Positions 50,895 through 62,686 of a stretch of DNA of 64,000 bases are shown here, one piece after another. Origin of the DNA: Vitrella brassicaformis CCMP3155 (taxonomy: Eukaryota > Protista > Chromerida); NCBI GenBank assembly GCA_001179505.1, contig CDMY01000432.1, positions 1 through 64,000 on the forward strand, written 5' to 3'. Positions within the stretch are counted from its first letter, which is position 1. Every line of letters begins with the position of its first letter. The position numbers and the translations under genes were made by a program. The notes beneath the pieces are model-generated. The model saw only the letters and a program-made list of their open reading frames with translations, searched no databases and had not been told where the DNA came from.

Positions 50895-51577
50895 GAACTC
50901 ACCTTGCCAAATAACAATAATTCTGACGGTGAGAGCGCAAGCCACAGCCTTACACAACCTGTATGAAGCCAAAGAGAAGAGAAAAGAAGAGTTGACTTCT
51001 GTTTCTACGGGATGTATCCGGGTGTATCCATCACTGGTGCCGCACAGGTTCGAACGCTTTGTCGTATATGTAAAGTACGTTCACGCCATTGACTCCGTCC
51101 ACAAGCTGAGTGAAGTCCATCAAGCCGATTGCAATATGTGCCTTGCCTTGAAAAGGCTGAGGCACGACGCAAGATATTGATACATATGTGAGACATACAA
51201 ATGCATCCGCACAAAAATGCATGGGGACGTACCTTTAAAGCCGACAGCTGTTCAAGAAAGACAGTCGTGCGGCGAAGTGACAGCAGGTACACTTGTGGAT
51301 TAACTTTTTGCCATCTGACAGCATAATACGACATTGATGAGGTGCCAACTCTTTCGATATTCCTTACTCGCCGTGATTTTTGGAAAGATCAGCGTCGTCA
51401 CATGTAGTGGCATACCCTTTCCTGCGCCAAAATCCGCAACTACATCTCCCTGGAGTGACACACAGTGTGCGAAGAGTAGCACTTGATAGGCTTTTCTCCT
51501 ATGCTTACGTCCTGCAGTAGGCCTTCCTTGTGCACGAGCTGGAAGAAGCTCCCCCGACATTCCCCCTTCGTTAGAAT
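50895..51577 (-). pseudogene. Decayed multi-exon class I SAM-dependent methyltransferase, DOT1-like
   Basis: Spliced ILTKGECRGSFFQLVHKEGLLQD|GDVVADFGAGKGMPLHVTTLIFPKITA (motif I), a frameshifted G-x-x-VNP (motif II position), then AHIAIGLMDFTQL..VNVLYIYDKAFEP. GT-AG introns. Confidence 0.5.
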
Positions 51578-52112
51578 CTGACACATACACAAAGGAACGG
51601 GTGCTGGTTGCTGTCTGGTTGCTGGTTGCTGTCTGGTTTGCCTTCAGTGCTTTCCACCTGTGCTAAGGGGGCCTGCTGATGTCAGCTCGGCAACGGGGCC
51701 GCTCTGAATCGCTCGATAAGCTAGGCCGATTGCACGTGCATCTTACCAACCCTGTGTGAGCCCTGATGACGCCAGCGCGCGCTTGTGTCTTGAGCAGAGC
51801 TCCAGCACCCTGTGCCGGTACGCATCCGTCCAGCCCTTCATGATGCATGGTCATTCAGGAATGCCCATCCAAACGTAATTACGTATGCGCCTCGAACCAC
51901 ACACTCAGGGCGGGCAGCGTCTCGTCTCGACCTCTCGCCTGCAAACGGGTCTTCAACCACTTCGCGCAGCAGACGTGTCGTTCGGCCGGGCCGCCGTGTG
52001 TGCATGGAGTGGGGTTGGGGAGGGGGGGAGCAATGAGTCAGGAACTCCCCAGCCAAGATGTAAATGCCCGCAACTCGAGCTCGCGAGTTTCCCCCCTTTC
52101 TTTTTTCCCCCG

Positions 52113-53123
52113 ATGCGATTGTACGCTTCTGCGGCTGACCCCTCCGGTGGGAAAACGGCTGCATTGCTCAGAAACAGCTTCAGCAGCGCCCAGCTTTTGC
52201 GCTATCCCGTCCCATCCAGTTGGGAGTATGGAAGCAAAGTCACGTGCAAAACGAGGGCTGGCTTCTCAAGTAAGCAGTACACACATGTGCACACATGTGT
52301 GCCTGCCGTGTGCGTTTGCAGAGCTGGTTCGCGGCGCAGGGCTGCGTTCCGAACAGCCCTCAGACCCAAACCTCCCTTCTATCCCGAGCATCGCCACCCC
52401 TGGCACACGCATCAGTCTGGGAAGGAAGCGAGCGGGCCCCACCAGCCGCGAAATGAAGGAGGGCACCCTCAGGCCAAGCCAATCGACTCCTGCGCTTCAG
52501 GGGAAGAGCCACGAAGTGGGCCGCCCTTCCATTCGTATCGTGAATGGTGTTGCCACGCCGAAACCCCGGATGTCCATGAGGTCGAGGGCAAGCACGCACT
52601 GGCGGATCCACACAGAACCGCTTTCTGAAGTTTGTGAGTTCCCTCCGCTGGACCAAACGCCCTTCTTGAAATGGTATATTGTCTCTCTTGATAGAAACAG
52701 ACCTTCATTGTGGTGTGAATCTGCTTGCATTGCCAGGTGTCACAGCATCTATACGAATCCTGCATACATACCCACGACGAACCAGCTCTACGGCAGGCAA
52801 GAAGAGGGGGACAGACAGACAGACAGGCAGGCAGCTGTGTCTTGTGTATGGACATGCATTTCGTTGTGTCTTGTCTCAGATATGAGCTCAATGAAGTGCT
52901 GAGCCCTCCCGTTGCGGCAGGGACCAGCTTGTCTGGTTTCCATGTGTTCCAGAGGATGGCAGAAGAGCCCCCTGTGCGCATATCCCCTCCCTATCTGCGG
53001 ATAAAGACAAGATTTGCACTGTCTAAGGGCGCCATTCCACTGGAGGAGGTGCGGACCACATCCCTCCACAGCTACTGGCGCCAGCGATCATTGGATCAGC
53101 TGCTCTTACCAGACCTTAAGTGA
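52113..53123 (+). CDS. Hypothetical protein (4 exons, one GC-AG intron)
   Basis: MRLYASAADPSGG..GFS|KLVRGAG..PFLKW|CHSIYTNPAYIPTTNQLYGR|YELNEV..LPDLK*. Phases fit with introns after 52268 and 52672 and an AG|GCAAG..CAG intron at 52797-52879. Confidence 0.5.
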
Positions 53124-53241
53124 ACCAACGGCTGCATGGATGGCTGTGCACGTGCTGTCCGTAAGTCAGTGAACCGTCCCATATTCACACACAGCAATGG
53201 ATGGACTCGCTGCTGCGCACACACACGGGGCTGTCTGCCTG

Positions 53242-56200
53242 TCATGTTGGCTGCGACTGCCGGACCTCCCTAATCGCACTCCTAAATGTGTCACGCACGG
53301 CAGCCGATTGGCCTGGTGGCGAATGGAGCGCCTGCACCAACACATCCACACACGCGGAATCTCATTGTGTGTGTGTGTCTCTGTGTGTCTGTGTCAACTG
53401 ACTTGAACGAGATTGTCAGCCATCGCCTGGCACGATTTGTCGCCCTGCAACTTCCCCCTGAGTGCTGACCTGATGCCTGAGTGCATCATGGCCTTCAGGT
53501 GACCCTGCTGTGACGCTGAGAGGGCGGCAAAGCTGCCAGACGGACACACCAAAGTGCGGAAAAGTCGACACATCTCATTCAGGGCCTGACAAACAACGGC
53601 AGCAGCCAGAGAGAGACCATGGGCACTGCACTGCACTGCACTGCACTGCCCGCACCCGTAAGTCAGTTGGGTCTTGTGTATCCAGCATGAAGAGGCCCTC
53701 AGCGAAGCCATGAACCACTCTGGAAAGACTCTCCTGCAGAACCGACAAAACCTGACACATACAGAGAGGGAGGGAGAGCACACACGAATGGCCACCAGCA
53801 CACACATATATTGAGTCCTGTCCACCCCACCCACCTGGTGGGTCTCCTGCGGCGATGTCTGCAGGAGGCACTCGACCAGCAGGCACCACATTTGCAGCAG
53901 GTACACCAGGCCCATCCCGGACCGCACATTCACTGCGCCCTCCACACTCAGATGGACGAACCTGTCGCGGAAGGGCTGCTGGGTGGCGTCTGTGTCGGCA
54001 TTGTCCTTGGCGAGCAGCTTGAGCAGTGTGTGTGGGGACCTCTGGGCGATGAGGTAGAAGGTGTGGAACATCTGGCTCTGCACCTCGCTCTTCTCTCGAC
54101 GCATCTCGGCCGACCCGTCAGGCAGCTGCTGCCACACACGATAATGCACGTCGAAAAACCTGCACCATGACATGAATGACACCAACAGCAGCAGCAACAC
54201 ACAGACACCTCTCTCTCTCTCTCTCTTTCTCTTCCTCTCTCACACACACACACAGAAAGCCGCGTATGTATGCCCGCCCCGCTCACCCCGGCGTGACGCA
54301 CTCGAGGAATCCCTCAGCCGGCACCTGGGGATCGCCGACCAGCGTGGCGGCAATGTGGCCGACGAAGATGGCCAGGTCGTTGATTTCCTCCAGGCCGAGA
54401 TTGTGCTGGGCGTAGAAGAGTGTGAGCATCGACGCCAGCGAGGACATCAGGAGCCCCCCACTCATGAGGGTCACCATCCGCCGGCAAAAGAAGAGCGAGT
54501 ACCGGCGGACACGGGGGAAGCCGCCGAAGAGCTTCATGGCGGTGGTGACGCCATCGAGGGCCGACCGCCACACCTCGTTTAGCACCGGCACTGGTTTGCT
54601 GAAGCCTTTGGAAATGCAACCCATCGCCTGTTGTGCAGACACCACGCCCAACCACCCACATACACACCCACCCATCCATCCATCCATCTGGGTTGATAAG
54701 ATGCCTCCCTCCACTTGCCTGTATGGCCCGTGCGATCCACTCCGCGTGTCCCTCCCTATCTGCCAGCGCCTCGGCAGCCAGCTGGGGATCCTTCATGGGG
54801 CCCAGCAAGGGGGCAATCGCACTCTGAAGATACGACTGCTTGGCCGCATCCACATCACCAGCAGTGAGGCTGCGCGTGAGGCCGCCGATGAGCAGCCCGA
54901 GCGTCTCGAAGAGGTGGGTGCGGTCGTCAGGGTGCAGCAGACCCCACGCCGCCCGTTGGCCCTCCTCTGATGCGGTGAACGGCACATAGGGGAGAGTCAG
55001 GAACGGCCGGATGCCCTCATAGATCTGCTGCGTGTAAGCCACCGCCCCATTGAGGTGCGCCTTGACGTACTTCTGCAGCACCGACGCAGCCAGGGGGGGC
55101 GTCCTCTGGTCGGCATTGCGGATCCCCCTCTCGTCGAGCAGCAGCTGCAGGCCGACCAGAAAGAATGACCCTTCTTCTGCTCTGCCCCGTTTGGGCGGGA
55201 GGAAGAATGCCGAGTATCTGACGAGCATCTCCAGGACGTGTGTGCGGACGGCGTGGTGTGGGAAGGCCAGCAGAGGAGGGCAGCTGTAGATGCGGGTGAG
55301 GCTGACACGCAGCGGGTGGGGGGAGGGGTGTGGTGGGGGGGCGTTCTCTGGAGGGACCTTGAGGGCCTGAGGGATGCCTGAATGGCACCACACGCCACCA
55401 CATCCACCTGAGGTCATCGCATCGCATGTGGCCGGCCATGTATACTGACCTCTGTTCTTCTCTCCCGCCACGAAGAGCAAGTATAGGATGGCCTCCACGC
55501 GATTCCATGGCAGAGGGGGAGGTGAGGATGTCCCTGCTGCTGCCGTGTGAGCACTCAAGGCCGCACAAAGCTCGTCGACGGCCGCTCGCAGGAACTCCCA
55601 CACCAACATCTCGTCTAACTGCACAGACACACAACACGCAGGCAATGCATTAATGGTACACAGAGTGCAGTGCCACGTATGTATCGATGCATGGCTGTTG
55701 TTGTGTTGTGTGTGGTACCTACCGTAGCAATGCGCTGGAAGAGCTTGGTCACCTCCTGTGCGGTGCGACAAGAGGCCGACATGCGATGGATGGATGGATG
55801 GATAGATGGATATGTGTGTGTACGAGCCCACTGTGTGCCCGCCCAGTGCACTTTACTGACCGACCTTTCTGAATCTTAGGAACTCGAGGTGACGGTCGTC
55901 GTCATCAGCTGCAATGCAAAAGTCATACCATGGTGGATACGACACCTGACACACACACACTCAGACACACACAGAGAGGGAGACACATTCCTCACGCTAA
56001 TGGCCCCGCCGTCTCCCCGCCACATTCACCGCCTACACCCACCTTGTGTGCGATGCCCCTCAGTAGTCCCAGGAAGAGCGGGTGCAGCTGCTCCACACTG
56101 ACGGCATGATTGGTCTGCTGCTGTAGTGTAGGTGCCCCTTGCTGCTGCTGCTGCGCCATGGCCATGAGGGCCTTGACCTTGCCGACGAAGTCGGACAGGA

Positions 56201-57743
56201 AGGCCTCCACAGACTCGCTCACACGGGACGACTCGTGGCCGAATACAAAGCTGAACGAAGAAACCATGCATGGCTTGGTTGCTAAACCCTCCCGTCACAA
56301 CACCTACCTACCTCGCCGTGTTGACCATCCTCTCAAGCAGCTGCCAACACTGAAGAAGGAATGAATGAACGGACCACACACAACGACATCAGAGCAGAGC
56401 TGTGTGACATGGGCCCTTCTCCCCCTTTCCCTCCCCCTCCCCAGTCGGTGATACCTCGGTCACCCCCTGGAATCCCGCATTGATATTGTTGTCTTTGTGC
56501 ATGGCCGCCAGACAGTCGAGCACCTCCTCCCCCACAGCGTTGCAAAGCTCACCCAGACCCCCGAGCAACTCCAAGTGCTGCTGTGGATGGTGGCCCTGCC
56601 GCTGCCACAGGCGGTGAATGGCGCCCTCCATGGTGGGGGTCAGCTGCAGCGACCCGTCGGTCAGCAGGGACAGCTTGCTCGCGGCAGGCATCTTCTTCTT
56701 GACCACCTGATTGATGCGTGGCATGTCCGTACGGTGCAGAAGTCCACCCATCCATCCACCCAATGCTCTGTCTGTCTGTCTGGATCTGATCTGTGTGCCC
56801 ACCCGCCCCCTCACCGCGCTGATGGCGTCACACGCCTCTGCGGCCGTCTCGCCATCCCATACACCACACTGAGACTCACCCTTTTCCCCCGCTCCCTCAG
56901 CACTCTGCCGCACTCTCGCCAGAAGCAGGGCCAGCAGTGGCATGGAGGGGTTGACGATGGCGCTCAGGTCGATCCATGGGAAGTAGAGCCCCAGCACCTT
57001 GAGGCAGGTGAGGTGCAGCGGCGCCAGTGGGGGGGAGGGGGGCTGCCGGAGCAGCTCGTAGCACCACGAGACGATCTTGGCTATGTCGTTGGCTCGCATG
57101 GCGGCCTTGACGTGGCTGCTGCGCTGCCTCTCCTCCTGAGTGGGGTGCAGCTCGTCGCTGACGATCTCCTCATCCACCACCACCAGCAGCTTGGCGCAGA
57201 TCTCGCCGCCCCGCAGCCCCCTTGCCCCCAGCTGGAGCATGTCGTCTACGGCGGATCCCCACCTCTCAGGGTACTCGACACGCATCAGCTTGACGTACAA
57301 GACACAGGCCTGGTTGACCATGGTAGACTCGTCCATTCTGCCGTCGCCGCCACACTGTGTCTGCAGGTACTGCAGCAGCAGGGGAATGATGCCGTGGCGG
57401 CTGCCGGTGTACAGCCGTGGGAGCACTTCCATAAGGGCCTTGACGGCCCAGAACCGCAGAGCGATCGGCCCAGTTGGCGAGAGGAACCACTCCATGCACG
57501 GCCGCCAGGTGGACTCGGGAGGAGATCTCTTGAAGGCTGATGGATGCAATGAATCCATCACATACACAGATCGATCAGCGACTGACTTGTGAGGGAAGGT
57601 CGTGAGTAGTGTGCTGTGCTGTACTGTGATGCGTACCGTACCCTACCGTCAAGAGTGGCGATTGCCTTTGCAGCGGCATCGCTGCTGTGAAATGAAGAAA
57701 GGACGGAGATTGCCGCTTCAACTTCAGACAGATTTCCATTCAT
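53242..57743 (-). CDS. XPOT: Exportin-T (tRNA exportin, Los1/PAUSED)
   Basis: LRFWAVKALMEV, YVKLMRVEYPERW, LLVVVDEEIV..ERQRSSHVKAAMR, CLKVLGLYFPWIDLSAIVN, LEMLVRYSAFF, LLDERGIRN, HLFETLGLLIG, GCISKGFS, VRRYSLFFCRRMV. These follow the exportin-T HEAT-repeat order. Confidence 0.85.
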
Positions 57744-57924
57744 TTCGCTGTCCTGAGGACAAGATCTTGGAGGGAAAAGAGAGGACGCTCCCTCTGCTTG
57801 CTTAGCTCGCAGACGCTGAGCAAACGCTGAGCTCGCATTTGTCAGCACGACAGATCTGCGCTGAAACAGACGCGCCAGGGCCGCCTGCAGTGCCGATGAG
57901 GTGGTCATAGTGTTAATCTGAGCG

Positions 57925-60339
57925 ATGTGGCCACCAGCAGCGATGCCGGCCATCTCCCTGCCCCTCTTCCCCCTCCTGTCTTGCGTGGCCACGATGGTGT
58001 CGTCCTTCCAGCTCCCGGCCTTCCCCAACGCACCCACACCCACTCGGCTGCAGCGGCTGACGAGGCGGCCACCCACACCCACGCACACACTCACACCCAC
58101 TCATGTGTCGACCTTGGGAGCATCAGCAGTGGCCTCTCCTCCGCCTGTGGACATCGACACAGCCGAGGAGGAGGCCATCAGCGAGATAGAGGTCGATGAG
58201 TTGGAGAAGCTGTGGAAGGACCTCCAGCGCCTCTCCAGGCCGCAGAAGGGCGACAGGCCGCGAAGGCAGAGGACCAAGGCGCTCAGCAGGGAGATCTTGA
58301 AGGACTTTGGCAGGGCGGGGCCTAAGGCACTGCATTTGAGGCGCCAGGCTGAGGACGAGATCACCGAGACGACCAGCGAGAGTGAGATGGAGCTCATAGT
58401 GGCCAAGCTGAGGGATGCCCTGCCGACCGAAGACAAATGGCTGGCCGACGAGCCACTCATGCCGACCAAGGTCAGTGAGTGACCCACACCACACCCCCAA
58501 CACACTTACACACACACATGGATGTTTCATTCATTCATTGATTGATTTGGTCAGTACCGTGAGATGTTGGAGTCGATGGAGCAGCACGACAGTGTGCTGT
58601 CGGTGGTGCGTGAGGCGGAGGGCAAGATCCAGGCCACCATCGACCAGTCGGGCAAGACCCTCCACGACATGCCGTTCGAGGTCGTCCGGGACATCTGCCA
58701 AGTCAAAATGGCACGAATCATGCTCGTACGCAACCAAACCAAACCCTTCCCACACCACACACCAGTTCTAACACACTCACACACACCTACAGGACATGAC
58801 ATGAGTGCACATTAATCACATCACATTGGTCTGTCTGTCTGTCTGTAGGAGGAGGATTACGTCGACTTTATGGACGGCCTCCGCACTCAGCAGCCGGACG
58901 AGTGGCGACAGCTCTGCACCGCCAACAAGGCGCTTCTCGCAGAAGGCCACAACCAGAAACTCAGAGAGGTATGCCGAGCCGGGCCGCCCCTCTACACACC
59001 ACCCGCACAAAACAGCACAGCAAAGCACACACCCCTCCTTTTCTGTGCGCCGCGCCGCGCCGTGCCTGCAGATGAAGCAGTACTTCGGGGCGTTGACGCG
59101 GGACCCCAATGTGCCGGCAGAGCAGCGCCAGGACGCGGCCAACAAGCTGGCGGGGCTGCAGAAGTACTACACCGAGCTGGACGAGAACACCTTTGACCTC
59201 GAGGCACACATACGGGGCGACTGGCTCGTCGAGATGAGGGACAGGCTCGCCGTCGAGAGGGAACTGTAAGCAAAGCAGAGCAGCCGACCCGACAGACAGG
59301 CCAAGACAACAATCCACTTGTTGGGTGTGTGTGGTTGGTTATTTGGTAGGTATGAAGATCCGAAGAGGGCTCAGTTGGACTACAGCTGGATGAAGGTGGA
59401 GCCCAAGCCGCAAGAGGGCATACACGAGTTCATCGCTGCCATCAACACCACACAAGCCATGCTGGACGCCACCACCAAAATCGTCAAAAGGTCAAACAAA
59501 CACCACACCCCAATTCAATCCACCACACACCCCATCTCTCTCTCTCCCATATCTCTATCTGTCTGTGTGTGTGTGTGTGCAGCAAGGAGCTAGACTGGGA
59601 GGACCACCCAGACCAGCGCACTGACTTCCTCGCCGCAGCGAAGGACCCCTTCATCCGCCAGGACCTGCTGTTCGACTACCCGGTGCCGGAGGACATGGGC
59701 GACTACAGGAGCACCGACTACATCCTCAACAAGCTCAGGACACTCGGCGGCCGCAAGCGCGTCGAGGAGATGGACGAGGCCGAGAGGGAGGAGCTCATCA
59801 CCACTGAGATGAGGGAGGCTGGTACGTGACGCACTCACAGGCACATCGATTGTCACAAACAGCACAGCTAGGGTCCTCCCACCCCACCTCTCTGTGTGTG
59901 TGCTGTGCTGTGACAGGGATGAATGTGGACATCCTGAGTGAGAACCGCACCATCGCCAAAACAGAGGAGGAAATCGACGCTAACCTCAAGGTGACTGACG
60001 ATAGATAGATGGCCACTTTAAACCGACCACAAACCAACGAACCAACAACACACACACAGCCATGCCCCTCTCTCTGTGTGTGTGACGTGCAGGCGATGTT
60101 GGCTGAGGAGGAGGCGATAAGGATGCTGCGCAACATGGGTCACCAGGTGGTGCAGGGCGCCGACGGCAACGTGGAGGTCGTCCCCCGGCCCGACAAGCGC
60201 CCCTCCAACGAGTACCTGTCGGAAGACTACAAAGACGACCCCGATGTGCAGAGGGCGCGCGGAGAGCTCCTCATCGACTGGTAGATGGGCTGGGTGGGTC
60301 GGGTGAAGACACAAACAGGCACACACCAAAAGGACCGCT

Positions 60340-60377
<38 letters not shown>

Positions 60378-61706
60378 TGTAGGTTTGATGGTGTGACCCC
60401 GTCCACGTCTAAGCCAGGCGAGCCGATGGACCCCGCCGAGGTGCTCACCCCCGGCTACTTCGCCGGCTTCGGCATGCCGTCGCTGGCAGACATGGACACG
60501 GGCGAGAGCGGCGACATGTTCAGGAAGGAGCTCAACGTGCCGAGAGTGGACAGGCGGCTGAGGTCCAGCAAGTCGGCGGAGGGTTTGAAGCCTGACGAGG
60601 TGAACGCGGGCTTCACCTACGACGAGTTTGACGAGGCCTACATGAAGGAGTTCGATCGGTATGTGGGCTTCTCCAAGAGACCCCTCAGGCCGGGCATGTT
60701 CGTGCAGGTACCTACCTTACCTGCAAACAGAGAAACAAACAGCCCATCTATCCATCCATCCATCCACCCATTGCATCTCGCTGTCTTTGTGCTGCATCGA
60801 TGCAGGGCGAGATTGTCAAGGTGACTGACCGCCAGGCCTTCGTCGACGTGGGCATGCAGCAGCTCGCCACGCTGCCACGAAGCGATGTCGTCATGGACCC
60901 TACCGACAAGTCAGTATATATATAATACCCAACCGTCAGACGGACATCACACACCAGCCAGGACAGGATGGACCATCCTATCCTATCCTCTGTGCTCATG
61001 GCATGCCTGTGTGGTGTGTGGTGGGTGTGCTTCAGGACTCGTTTGAAGCAGATCCTCAAACCTGGCCAGAAAATCGAAGCCGAGATCAAAATGTAATCCT
61101 CAACCACACACTCACATCCAGTCTCTCTCTGTCAATCGACGCGATGCGTCGTATCTCTTTTCTGCCCTTTTGTGTTTGTTTTGTTGTCAGCATCGACGAC
61201 AAGTCGCTAGTGCTGACGATGGCGAACCTGCAGTACTTCAACGCCTGGGAGAAGCTGGTGGAGATCCAGGCCAACGACCTCACCATCGACGCCATGGTCC
61301 TCGCCGTCCCAAACACCGCCGGCGTGCAGGTCTCAGTCCTCGGAGTGCAGGCATGGCTCCCCAGCAGCCAAATGTGCCCACCTGGTAAGTAACCCTACCA
61401 CCGCACAATCGGGCAGAAAAAGAACAGCGGTAGTGTGTGGTGGTGTATAGGTGTGGAGCCGACGGAGGAAATGATTGGCAAGCAGCTACGCGTCAAGGTG
61501 CTAGATCTGGACATCGCCAACGACCGGCTGGTGGTCTCGCAGAAGCGAGCTGAGGTGGAGGAGCAGCTCAAGAACCTCTCGCGAGGCGACCTCATCGAGG
61601 GCGTCGTCGAGTCCATACAGCCCTTCGGCGCTTTCATTGCCGTAAGTAACCCTCCCTCCCCGCCCGTGGCCCATCCACTCACTCCACCCCTTCTTCATTC
61701 CATTCA

Positions 61707-61739
<33 letters not shown>

Positions 61740-62686
61740 CGATCCATCAGTTCGGGTGCACCAATGCGTTGCTGCACGTGTCGCAGATATCGTATCAGCG
61801 TGTCGACGAGGTGCCTTTGCCGATCGGCACCAAGGTCAAGGCCATGGTCATCGACTACGACAAGGTCACCGGCAGGGTGTCGCTGTCGACCAAGGTGCTG
61901 GAGAAGGAGCCCGGCCAGATGCTGAGGAACTACACCGAGGTGTTTGAGGAGGCCGAGGAGACCGCCCGGCTGTACCATGACAGGATGGTGGCCGAGCAGA
62001 AGGCACGCGAGGAGGCAGCGAGGGAGCTCATTGCGTCGCTCGGCCTCAACGAGTCCATTCTGGTACGTATGCGACGCATGTGGCTCCACTCCGGTCCATC
62101 CATCCATTCACCCAATGCATTGTGTGTGTCCGTTGTGTTGTGTGTCTTGTCTGTCCTACCTGTAAAACAGAATGTTGACTTCAACGAGGGTGCCCCGTCA
62201 TTTGGCGAGCAGCCGGCCGCCCCACCCCCACCACCAACACAGGAGGGCCAGTCCACCGAAGGAGCCGCACCAACACGAGCCACAATCGAAGGTGAGTCAG
62301 CAGCCACCCGCCCATCTATCAACCAACGCCTTCTTGATGGATGAATGGATCGATGTGTGTGTGTGTGTGTGTGTGTGTAGATTACTCGCCCGAGAGCGGT
62401 AGGTGGTGTGCGCAGCGAGGCAGCGATTGGGTGGAGATGGACGAGGAGCAGGACGCCATGATCAAGGACCTATACGACAAGGGCGAGAGCAGATTCAGAG
62501 AGGACGAGTGAGTGAGAGCCAACGACCTGACCTCATCACCATACATACTCACAGACACAACAACACTTGCCCACCTCTCTCTCTGTGTGTGACAGTGACG
62601 AGTGGGAGGTCGATTGGGGTAAGCTTGTGTGCACCCGCCTGAGCGACGGGGGCAGCTTCCGCATCAAGCCGCCCACATCCTCGTAG
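57925..62686 (+). CDS. rps1: Nucleus-encoded plastid 30S ribosomal protein S1 (three S1 domains) with about 600-aa N-extension and C-terminal WWE-like domain
   Basis: Signal peptide ending ..TMVSSFQLP plus transit-like stretch. GFTYDEF..RPGMFVQGEIVKV..AFVDVG; AWEKLVEIQ..AWLPSSQM..LRVKVLDLDIANDRLVVSQKRA; GDLIEGVVESIQPFGAFI..LLHVSQIS..KVKAMVIDYD..RVSLSTKVLEKEPGQMLRN..VFEEAEE, as in cyanobacterial/plastid bS1. Confidence 0.85.

Noticed and set aside
51603-51638. 18-bp tandem repeat gctggttgctgtctggtt x2
   Set aside because: Simple slippage repeat with no further structure.
46600-51700. Endogenous giant virus as the explanation for the whole island
   Set aside because: The methyltransferase relic and other pieces carry spliceosomal introns, and no capsid, polymerase or packaging ATPase motifs were seen. 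Only the R2 fragment remains ambiguous.
706-57743. Functional link between the tRNA gene and exportin-T in the same window
   Set aside because: They are over 50 kb apart with unrelated genes between them; coincidence is the simplest reading.
16700-62686. Genome-wide reassignment of TAG, as in ciliates
   Set aside because: TAG acts as the normal stop for kinesin and rps1, and the other intact genes have no internal TAG.
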